Shown one piece after another: positions 10,194 through 17,942 of a DNA stretch of 62,358 bases (its first letter is position 1; each line of letters begins with the position of its first letter). This stretch comes from an uncultured Bacteroidales bacterium (GTDB lineage Bacteria > Bacteroidota > Bacteroidia > Bacteroidales > ML635J-15). The stretch lies in assembly GCA_964448235.1 (NCBI GenBank), contig CAYUWD010000001.1, forward strand, positions 1 to 62,358, given 5' to 3'. Below the pieces are notes generated by a model. The model was not told where the DNA came from. It searched no databases and saw only the letters and a list, made by a program, of their open reading frames with translations. The position numbers and the translations under genes are program-made.

Positions 10194-10697
10194 TTACAAC
10201 TTAATAAATTTAATTTCTCCGATATTTTCGCCTACTGCGGAATAGCCTTTAATAAAGTAATTGCCGCTTGTAAGTTTGGATACATCTAATTGATAGATTT
10301 TTTCGGCACTTGATTTTGTTTGCTGCAAAACAATTTTGCCGGCAGCATCGAATACCTGAAATGCAACGGTTTCGCTTTTTAGTCCGTTGATTTGCAGATT
10401 TAGCAAATCCTCAACCGGGTTCGGATAAACCAATGTTCGCATTTGCTGCTCAACAAGCAACGGTTTTGCAGTTGGCATATCAGGAATACCACCAGTATCT
10501 TCATTATCGCTTTGCCCACCGGCATCCAAACTTATGCCATCGGCATTAATAGAAAATACAAATAACTCGCCAATGGTAGCACTAATTCCTTCATTAGAAA
10601 TACCGCCGGAGGATAGGGTTATACGATCGAGGTTTTGGCCTTGCAGAAATGTAATTGCTGCAAACAGAGTGATGAGAATTAGAAGTGTTTTTTTCAT
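10194..10697 (-). CDS. Small T9SS CTD protein with a ~50-aa passenger
   Basis: Signal peptide; VYPNPVEDLLNL...VFDAAGKIV...LTSGNYFIK...KFIKL. Confidence 0.88.
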   Translation of the reverse strand: MKKTLLILITLFAAITFLQGQNLDRITLSSGGISNEGISATIGELFVFSINADGISLDAGGQSDNEDTGGIPDMPTAKPLLVEQQMRTLVYPNPVEDLLNLQINGLKSETVAFQVFDAAGKIVLQQTKSSAEKIYQLDVSKLTSGNYFIKGYSAVGENIGEIKFIKL

Positions 10698-10752
10698 AGT
10701 TTATTTATTTTACTTAATAATCAATATTTTAATAAACATTAGTTATATATGC

Positions 10753-13038
10753 TTAAAATGAACGGATTGCTCTAACTGCATAACCAGCGTTCGTTTTCAA
10801 ATAAGACTGGGAAACCCCTGAGCTACAAGACACCCAATACGCATATGTTGAAGTGTGTTCGGAAGACGACCAATAGTATCCTGTACTTAAATTAGGAATA
10901 TATGCACTGCTTAAATACATTTGATAAAGTTCATCTTTAGAAGGTAAATACCAATCCGAATAGCCACTGAGTGACAAATCACTGCATATCCTGGCGGCTA
11001 TACCTGATTCGCTACACAAATTCACTATCGCTGTTGTGTTGGCTTGACCTGTACCAAATGCTGTTGAAGTTGTTCCAATTAGTGTTCCTGAACAACCCCA
11101 CGTAACACCACTCAACGCTTGATCCGATGCAGCAGCAATTAACCCATGTTGTCCTGTGCCATCCAAATAAAAAATCACTCCCCCACCATAACTTTGCCCT
11201 AGCGTATAAGTAGTTGTAAAGCTAATCTGGTTTCCATAGGATGTTCCAGCAGAATTGGTAGCATAAGCTCTTACATAATAAGTTGTTAGCGGGTCTAAAC
11301 CTGTGATATAACTTGTAAACGAATTGGTACCAGTACCATCAGTTGTAAGTTGATTAGCAGTTGTCGGATTTTGACTTGTACTCCAACAAACTCCTTTTGC
11401 TGTTATTGGTGCACCGCCGTCGCTTGAAATTGAGCCTCCACTAGATGCAGAATTGCCATTAATGCTTGAAGCTGTAACAGTTGTAATTGAAGGAGTGCTA
11501 GGGTTTGTTGTTGTGAAACTTTGTTGTGTTCCATAACTTGTGCCTGCTGCATTTGTAGCATAAGCTCTTACAAAATAAGTTGTGCCAGCAGTTAGTCCAT
11601 CTAGATTGCTGGAGAAGCTACCAACAGAACCAGTACCTAATAGTGTTTTATTATCGCTTGTCGTTGGGTTTGCATTTAATCCCCAACAATGACCATGTTG
11701 AGTTACATTAGTAGACCCGAGGCTTGAAATGCTGCCACCTGCAGTTGCTGAGACAAGCGTAATGTTTGTAATATTGCCTGTAGTTACACTGGGTGCTGTA
11801 GGAGAAGAACTTGTAGTAAATGAAACCTGTGAACTATATCCGGTTCCTGCAGCATTTGTAGCGTATGCTCTTATATAATATGTTGTATTTGGAGAAAGAC
11901 TAGTCAAAGAACTATTAAAAGACCCAGTTGTACTCATAGTGCCCAAAGTCGTTTTATAATTACTCGTTGTAGGATTAGATGAAGTAGCCCAGCAATGTCC
12001 ATGTTGAGTAGCGCTTCCTGATCCCAGATTAGTAATTGCACCCTGAACATCGGCAGTAGTTTCTGTAACATTATTAGCAGCATCAGTGGTTAATGTTGGC
12101 ACAGATGCTGTGGAGGTAGTGGTAAAAATCTGATCAGCACTATACCCAGTACCGCTGCTGTTGGTTGCATAAGCCCTTACATAGTATGTGGTATTTGGTG
12201 ACAACCCCGACAAATCTGAAGAAAAGGAACCCGTGGCAGAAGTAGGTCCTAAAGTCGTAACGTTATTCCCAGTCGTTGGGTTTGGTGTTGTTGACCAACA
12301 ATGTCCTCTTTGTATGACATTGGAGCTACCAATACTTGAAATATTTCCTGAAATCTGTGCGGTTTCTGATGATATATTTGTTGCGGCTGCACAAGTAACA
12401 ACAGGTGAATTTGGGTTTGCGATTTCCATACTTATTGAAATTGTAGCGTTCCCACCATTTGATGTAATTGAAATACTTTGGCTATAGTAACCTTGATTTA
12501 AACCAGTCCTGTCAATTGTAATATTCAAATAACTTACTTCAGTGGTTGTGCTTCCACTCAATGGATTGGGAGTTAACCAATTGATATTCTCAGTTACTGT
12601 CCATTCAAGTGATGCAGAACCTGTGTTTCTTATTTCAATAGGCAAAGTTGTAAGGTTAGATCCAAAATCAAGACTGCTAACATCTACATTAAGTATTGGA
12701 ACTATTGGAGTAATTGAAATATCTCCTTTTCTTGGCGCAGTACCAAATACTGCAACTTCTTTTGTATTCGTTATATAACCCGACTTCGCAGCTTGCACAG
12801 TGTAATCACCTTCAGCAAGTCCATCAAAACTATATCTTCCATCACTACCAGTTGTATAAGATGCATTACCAGGGCTTATAGAAACTGTTACACCAGATAC
12901 AGGCTGTGATGTTTGAGAATCATTTATAATACCTTCTACTCCACCATTTTCTTCATCGTCTTTGCAAGAAATATATATTATCCCTGTACAAATAAGTAAA
13001 ACGGTTACAAAGCTAAAAAACCACTTGCTCCTTTTCAT
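10753..13038 (-). CDS. Surface lipoprotein: carboxypeptidase-regulatory-like + BACON-like + 4 FN3-like repeats + DUF1566 (Lcl C-terminal)-like tip
   Basis: Lipobox ISC followed by KDDEE (Bacteroidota export-signal-like); four stalk repeats; GYSDWYLPSKDEL...YWSSSE...VRAIRSF. Confidence 0.85.
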   Translation of the reverse strand: MKRSKWFFSFVTVLLICTGIIYISCKDDEENGGVEGIINDSQTSQPVSGVTVSISPGNASYTTGSDGRYSFDGLAEGDYTVQAAKSGYITNTKEVAVFGTAPRKGDISITPIVPILNVDVSSLDFGSNLTTLPIEIRNTGSASLEWTVTENINWLTPNPLSGSTTTEVSYLNITIDRTGLNQGYYSQSISITSNGGNATISISMEIANPNSPVVTCAAATNISSETAQISGNISSIGSSNVIQRGHCWSTTPNPTTGNNVTTLGPTSATGSFSSDLSGLSPNTTYYVRAYATNSSGTGYSADQIFTTTSTASVPTLTTDAANNVTETTADVQGAITNLGSGSATQHGHCWATSSNPTTSNYKTTLGTMSTTGSFNSSLTSLSPNTTYYIRAYATNAAGTGYSSQVSFTTSSSPTAPSVTTGNITNITLVSATAGGSISSLGSTNVTQHGHCWGLNANPTTSDNKTLLGTGSVGSFSSNLDGLTAGTTYFVRAYATNAAGTSYGTQQSFTTTNPSTPSITTVTASSINGNSASSGGSISSDGGAPITAKGVCWSTSQNPTTANQLTTDGTGTNSFTSYITGLDPLTTYYVRAYATNSAGTSYGNQISFTTTYTLGQSYGGGVIFYLDGTGQHGLIAAASDQALSGVTWGCSGTLIGTTSTAFGTGQANTTAIVNLCSESGIAARICSDLSLSGYSDWYLPSKDELYQMYLSSAYIPNLSTGYYWSSSEHTSTYAYWVSCSSGVSQSYLKTNAGYAVRAIRSF

Positions 13039-13042
13039 AATC

Positions 13043-14593
13043 TTACTGTTGTAAATTATAAATTTGGGTTATTTCTGATTGAGAGAGAGCACGATTATAT
13101 GTTCTGATATTATCCATCTTTCCATTGTAGGCAGGCATATTATTAAAAGTTTGATCAGCAGGATCATCACCTATATAAGTATTATTATATGTTTGCCATT
13201 TAAAAGTCGTGCTACTTTTTGTTTCATTTAAAACTGCATCGAAATAGTATTTTGCAGAACTTCCATCAAACGTAATTGTAAGCATATGCCATTGATTATC
13301 AAGATTGTTACTTATAGGATTAGTAGATTCCCAATAATTACTACTACTAACATATTGATAAAGTTTAGATGAAGAGTTAATATAAATTTTGCAATAACTA
13401 ACACTTGTAGCATATAGTACTTGGTTTGAGTTTACCGTTTTTAACCAAATATTAAGAGACCAGTTGCTTGCTGGTGGAATAATTGTGTTGGAAACATTGA
13501 TATAAGATGATCCATTAAAAGATGCACAAAATCCAATGTCATTAGGAATATCATTTGAAAATTCTACTCCCACGTTAACACCATTAAAATTACCTGTCCA
13601 GTCATTAATATTTTGGTTATCAAAAGTATAATATGCAACAAGTCCATTTGTGACCACAACAGAACTAGAAGAACTGGTTGTTAATGTTATTTGATTACTA
13701 TACCCTGTTCCAATTGAATTTGTAGCATAGGCTCTTACATAATAAACCTGATCAGGTTCTAAAGCTGTTAAGTTACTTACAAATTGTCCGGCTGATGTTG
13801 TACCACCTAATGTTGTCTTGTTATCCGATGTTGTCGGATTAGAACTTATACTCCAACAATGCCCTCGTTCAATAACTGTAGAATTGCCAATAGAGGTTAT
13901 ACTTCCTACAATATCAGCAGAGGTCTGAGTAATATTAGTTGGCTGATTACATGTTACAGAAGGAACATTATCAGCAGCAACTTCTACATTAACTGTTATT
14001 GTTTCATTTCCACCATTAGAAGTAATTGAAAACACCTGACTGTATTGCCCTGATCCCATTTGATTTCTGTCAATTGTAATCTCAATTGCATCTGTTTCGG
14101 TTGTAGTTGACCCAGAAATTGGATTTATGCTTAACCATGCAACATTCTCTGATATTTCCCAATCCAAAGAATTTGAACCAACATTGGTTATTTCTATTGG
14201 TAATACAGTATATGTTGTTCCAAAATCTAAACTTATCATATTTACTTCCAAAATTGGAACTATTGGGTCTAATGCAACATCTCCTTTTCTTACTTGACCT
14301 CCTAAAACAGTTACTGCTTTGCTATTATCACCATATCCTGTCTTACTCACATTTATAGTATAATCTCCTTCTAGCAAATCTGCAAATTGATATTTTCCAT
14401 CACTACCAGTAGTTGCAGAAGAATTTGCAGGTGTTATTGTTACATTTGCCCCCTCAATTGTTTGTGATGTTTGTGAGTCTGTTATAATTCCTTCAATTGT
14501 CCCTTCATTCTCTGATTGATTATCACATGCATTTAAGAAACTTAAAATTGATATGATCAATATTGTCAACCAATAAAATATTTTATTTTTCAT
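13043..14593 (-). CDS. Lipoprotein: carboxypeptidase-regulatory-like + BACON-like + 1 FN3-like repeat + LamG/ConA-like tip
   Basis: Lipobox NAC; GLVAYYTFD...WHMLTIT...GKMDNIRTYNRALSQSEI LamG signature. Confidence 0.85.
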   Translation of the reverse strand: MKNKIFYWLTILIISILSFLNACDNQSENEGTIEGIITDSQTSQTIEGANVTITPANSSATTGSDGKYQFADLLEGDYTINVSKTGYGDNSKAVTVLGGQVRKGDVALDPIVPILEVNMISLDFGTTYTVLPIEITNVGSNSLDWEISENVAWLSINPISGSTTTETDAIEITIDRNQMGSGQYSQVFSITSNGGNETITVNVEVAADNVPSVTCNQPTNITQTSADIVGSITSIGNSTVIERGHCWSISSNPTTSDNKTTLGGTTSAGQFVSNLTALEPDQVYYVRAYATNSIGTGYSNQITLTTSSSSSVVVTNGLVAYYTFDNQNINDWTGNFNGVNVGVEFSNDIPNDIGFCASFNGSSYINVSNTIIPPASNWSLNIWLKTVNSNQVLYATSVSYCKIYINSSSKLYQYVSSSNYWESTNPISNNLDNQWHMLTITFDGSSAKYYFDAVLNETKSSTTFKWQTYNNTYIGDDPADQTFNNMPAYNGKMDNIRTYNRALSQSEITQIYNLQQ

Positions 14594-14600
14594 TATTATA

Positions 14601-15218
14601 TTATTTAACTATCGAAACTGACACTGTTGAATTACCTCCGTTTGATATTATTGAAATTATTTGTGAATGAGAACCAGACTCCAAAGATGATCGGTCAACA
14701 GTTACCATTACATTACTTGTTTGCGAAGTTGTTATTCCACTCAATGGGTTAATACTTATCCACTCAGCATTTTCAGAAATGCTCCACTCCAAACTACCTT
14801 CTCCCGAATTAGTAATTGCAATTGGCAGTGTTGTCAAATTATTACCAAAGTCCAGGCTTGAAACAGAAAGATTAATAATTGGAATAATTGGTTGCAAAAT
14901 AACATCCCCCGAATTTGTTTGTCCGGCAATCACAGTAACACTTTTTGTATTTGTTGTATAACCATCCTTCTGGACTTCTATAGTGTAGTCTTTTGGATCA
15001 AGATTTTTAAAATCATACTTTCCATCTACTCCTGTTGTTGCAGAAGAATTTAAAGGGCTTAATGTTACATTTGCCCCTTGAATTGGTTCATTAGTCTCAG
15101 CATCTACAACAATTCCATCAATATCTCCTACCACTGGAATATCTATTGGGTCACATCCAAAACACCAAAATAACATCGTAGATAAAATGGCTAAAATTAC
15201 TTTCTTCTTTGTCATCAT
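14601..15218 (-). CDS. Lipoprotein with only the carboxypeptidase-regulatory-like + BACON-like base
   Basis: Lipobox FGC; GANVTLSP...TTGVDGKYDF; SLDFG...LPI.ITN.G...LEW, shared with the two downstream genes. Confidence 0.85.
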   Translation of the reverse strand: MMTKKKVILAILSTMLFWCFGCDPIDIPVVGDIDGIVVDAETNEPIQGANVTLSPLNSSATTGVDGKYDFKNLDPKDYTIEVQKDGYTTNTKSVTVIAGQTNSGDVILQPIIPIINLSVSSLDFGNNLTTLPIAITNSGEGSLEWSISENAEWISINPLSGITTSQTSNVMVTVDRSSLESGSHSQIISIISNGGNSTVSVSIVK

Positions 15219-15220
15219 TA

Positions 15221-16117
15221 TTAAAATTTATAAGTTAATCCAAAGTTTAATATTTTGTTATCATCATAATATGCGTAGAAGTTTGTGTCAGAATTACGTA
15301 TTAAGCCTGCATATTTTTTTGCTCCTCTTGAGGTAGATGCATCAATAATGTTATATATGTATATAGCAGCAAAACCTGCTATACAAAAATAACTACCATT
15401 TCTCCAATTATCAGCCCTGTCAATGTATTGTGTTCTAACATAAATGTTGCTATTCTGTTGAGCTAATCTAAGATTCGATTTATACTGACTATAAGTAACT
15501 ACTGTTCCTATTGCAAATAATCCAGCACTACTAAGAAAACCAATACCTTTATTTCTTTCCTTTTTATAAAATTGTCCCCATCCTGGAACAACTGCTGATC
15601 TCCATACACCACTCATTCCATATCCTTGTTTTATTTCCTTTGGAGATGCTCCGTTCTTTGGGATTTTCATAAGTACCCAATATTGATACTCAATTTTATC
15701 ATTTGTTAAAACTTTTTGCCAATAATCTTCCTCTTTCTGTAGCCCTCTTATCACAATTTCTTCTCCACTACTATTTATGACTTGAATATAATCTTCATTA
15801 TAAGAATACTTCTCTTCACCACTTAAATCTATATCAACATTTTCTTCCTTTGTATATGTTCTTTCAACCTGAATTGTTGTATTATCATTAAATGATATTT
15901 GCGAGAGAACATTTCCAATTGCAGATTCTTGTGCAGATTCTAATGAAGTAGTACTCGAACCAATGCCAGTATAATACTTGTACGAATCTCCAGTTGGGGA
16001 TTCTTCAATCCAGTCAGGTTTACTATTGCTTGATTGATCTATAATATCTTGTGAAGAAACTATTTCGTAACAAAATAATGTAAAAACAAGAAAAATTAAT
16101 TTTAGTTCTATTTTCAT
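15221..16117 (-). CDS. LPP20-like domain protein with a DUF5683-like membrane C-terminus
   Basis: KPDWI...YYTGIG...AQESA LPP20-like; SAVVPGWGQFY plus hydrophobic segments. Confidence 0.7.
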   Translation of the reverse strand: MKIELKLIFLVFTLFCYEIVSSQDIIDQSSNSKPDWIEESPTGDSYKYYTGIGSSTTSLESAQESAIGNVLSQISFNDNTTIQVERTYTKEENVDIDLSGEEKYSYNEDYIQVINSSGEEIVIRGLQKEEDYWQKVLTNDKIEYQYWVLMKIPKNGASPKEIKQGYGMSGVWRSAVVPGWGQFYKKERNKGIGFLSSAGLFAIGTVVTYSQYKSNLRLAQQNSNIYVRTQYIDRADNWRNGSYFCIAGFAAIYIYNIIDASTSRGAKKYAGLIRNSDTNFYAYYDDNKILNFGLTYKF

Positions 16118-16224
16118 TCTTTTATTGTATTTACTATATTATTCAACCATCCCCCCATTAATCATTATTAAATATTTTAAATGATTTACATTCCATAAAA
16201 TTACTTAAATAAATTACTATTTAA

Positions 16225-16293
16225 TGAACATTTGTATTGATTTATTATATGCGAGAATTATGCAAATAAGTGAGCAGTTTTAACAATAAGTGC
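16225..16293 (-). promoter_or_regulatory. Candidate LytTR-type direct-repeat array upstream of the surface-protein operon
   Basis: TGAACAT 16225, TATATGC 16246, TAAGTGA 16267, TAAGTGC 16287 (spacing 21, 21, 20); AATAAGTG occurs twice. Confidence 0.45.
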
Positions 16294-16321
16294 ATTTTGT
16301 ATTACAAAGAAGCATATGTTT

Positions 16322-16711
16322 TTACCCAGACCCCTTCATCATTAAAAACACAATGGCTTTTTTATTTAATTCTAAATAATCGTTGCTTTTTTCAATTTGT
16401 AATAGAAACTTGCACTTATTTTTGTTTTTATCTTCAAATGATAATAAAGCCTGAGGACCAGCGAAACGGAATGTAATGTTCTGCAAATTATCCCATAAAT
16501 AAAATTCGTGCTGATTTTCCTTTTGAGGGTCTTTATCGCAGTATAAATGAATTCCTTTATTTGATATGCCGACCAGATAACATGGCTTTTTTGACTGCAA
16601 GAGAGAAACTATTAAGTTCTTCTTTTCAAATGCAGAACAAAATCCATATAAAACCTCTGTTGGATTTAATTTTGATGAAAAATATTCCTGTATTTCTTTA
16701 GTACCAAACAA
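16322..16711 (-). CDS. Hypothetical 129-aa protein, possibly PH-like fold
   Basis: TTG start; -7 box just upstream; beta-rich pattern ending in a helix. No family recognised. Confidence 0.55.
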   Translation of the reverse strand: MFGTKEIQEYFSSKLNPTEVLYGFCSAFEKKNLIVSLLQSKKPCYLVGISNKGIHLYCDKDPQKENQHEFYLWDNLQNITFRFAGPQALLSFEDKNKNKCKFLLQIEKSNDYLELNKKAIVFLMMKGSG

Positions 16712-16728
16712 TAACCTCTAGTTTTTAT

Positions 16729-16736
16729 CAAAAGTA
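16729..16736 (-). promoter_or_regulatory. Bacteroidota -7 promoter box (TACTTTTG)
   Basis: Matches TAnnTTTG, 18 bp upstream of the TTG at 16711. Confidence 0.55.
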
Positions 16737-16779
16737 CTTAAAACTAAAACAGACTTGATGAATAAAACAGTTGATTTAT

Positions 16780-16829
16780 TAAACGCTAATCTCAAGAGAA
16801 TAAATGCACTATTTTTGAAGATAAGCGTT
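16780..16829 (-). promoter_or_regulatory. Candidate LytTR binding array, three repeats at exact 21-bp spacing
   Basis: TAAACGC 16780, TAAATGC 16801, TAAGCGT 16822. Confidence 0.5.
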
Positions 16830-16966
16830 TCGGGATAAACCGTTTTTGTCACGATTTTTGATATCGCTAAGGCTCAATCATCAAAAAATCTTGCCAAAAA
16901 CTACACTTGTACTATTTACTACCCCGCATTTCAATTCGATAAAAATCGAATCTACATACGTGTAAT

Positions 16967-16990
16967 AAATATTTGACCTCTATGGGGTCA
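16967..16990. repeat. Partial REP-like hairpin (AAATATTTGACCTCTATGGGGTCA)
   Basis: Resembles the last hairpin of the elements at 17792 and 38864. Confidence 0.5.
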
Positions 16991-17007
16991 TCTCAATTTG
17001 GATAAAA

Positions 17008-17742
17008 CTACATCTCGGCTAGATTCTTTGCCAAACGTGTAGAAACAGGTATTAAGAATTCATTTAAATTGCATTTTAATACGCAAATTCTGTTTTTTCG
17101 ATTATATTCTGTAATATATTTCTTATTTACAAGATAAGATTTATGTACACGAATAAAGTTACGCTCATCCAGATCATTTGTGAGATCTTTAAGTGTTTTA
17201 CTTACAACTCTTTTTTCTTTATTTGTTAGCATTAGCTCAGTGTAATTACCGTCTCCATTAGCAAAAGCAATATCGTCGCGATTTAGGAATTCAAACCCAT
17301 TCGCAGTGTTGATCTTTAATTTTGTATCAGTTTGTAATAAGTCAAGCAATTGAGAATAGTCATGCGGTTTTGGAGAGTCCTTTTTAGCAAGATATTTATT
17401 TATTGTCTCCTGCAATTCTTGCTTATCAACCGGCTTTAATAGATAGTCAAATGCGGAATATTTTATGGCTTTTATTGCAAATTCATCGTAAGCTGTTAGA
17501 AAAACAATATCAAAAGAATTAACTCCAAGATTTTTGAGCTTGTCTAATACATCAAAACCGGTTTGTCCCGGCATTTTAATATCAAGAAAAACCAGATCGG
17601 GACTATTTTTTACCAAATAGTCTATGGCTTCGTCAGGATTGGTTGTTGCAAATTCAATTTTTACATCGTCGAACTTTTGCAACATTGTACTAATATTAGT
17701 AATTGCATGTTTCTCGTCGTCTATTATTACTGTTTTTATCAT
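17008..17742 (-). CDS. LytTR-family response regulator
   Basis: Receiver VIIDDE...VFLDIKMP...FLTAYD...LLKP; LytTR FIRVHKSYLVN. Confidence 0.95.
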   Translation of the reverse strand: MIKTVIIDDEKHAITNISTMLQKFDDVKIEFATTNPDEAIDYLVKNSPDLVFLDIKMPGQTGFDVLDKLKNLGVNSFDIVFLTAYDEFAIKAIKYSAFDYLLKPVDKQELQETINKYLAKKDSPKPHDYSQLLDLLQTDTKLKINTANGFEFLNRDDIAFANGDGNYTELMLTNKEKRVVSKTLKDLTNDLDERNFIRVHKSYLVNKKYITEYNRKNRICVLKCNLNEFLIPVSTRLAKNLAEM

Positions 17743-17791
17743 AGTCGTTTATTGTTATTGTTTGATAACCTTCGTTCTTAAAATCTGTTTT

Positions 17792-17908
17792 TTGTCATAA
17801 TCTTTGCTTACAGTTGTAGCAAAGATATACGCCAAAAACGACATCGCTTGGTTTTGTAATCCCCGGACTATGTCCGGGGTTACAAACATTAAACCCCTAC
17901 GGGGTTTT
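17792..17908. repeat. Three-hairpin REP-like dispersed element, copy 1
   Basis: TCTTTGC..GCAAAGA, CCCCGGAC-TAT-GTCCGGGG and AAACCCC-TAC-GGGGTTT hairpins; homologous to 38864-38991. Confidence 0.8.
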
Positions 17909-17942
17909 AAAGGTATTTTAACAAATACTTTTTCCATATAAG

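Larger units (their letters stand above)
4030..13990 (-). repeat. Dispersed ~97-aa FN3-like stalk module, 13 copies in 5 genes (3+2+3+4+1)
   Basis: Consensus PxVxT...GGxVT.RGxCW...NPT...G.G.F.S.L..L.P.TTYYVRAYATN..GT.YG....FTT, read in the ORF translations. Confidence 0.9.

Noticed and set aside
3343-13038. Diversity-generating retroelement (C-type-lectin-like tips are typical DGR targets)
   Set aside because: No reverse transcriptase, no avd-like gene and no near-identical template/variable repeat pair differing at adenines in this window. A remote DGR cannot be excluded without the genome.
16151-16156. C6/G6 homopolymer upstream of the operon as a phase-variation switch
   Set aside because: Too short for frequent slippage and not placed between identifiable promoter boxes.
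17755-17937. 60-aa ORF between kinase and regulator
   Set aside because: It spans the REP-like hairpin element and is most likely a chance reading frame.
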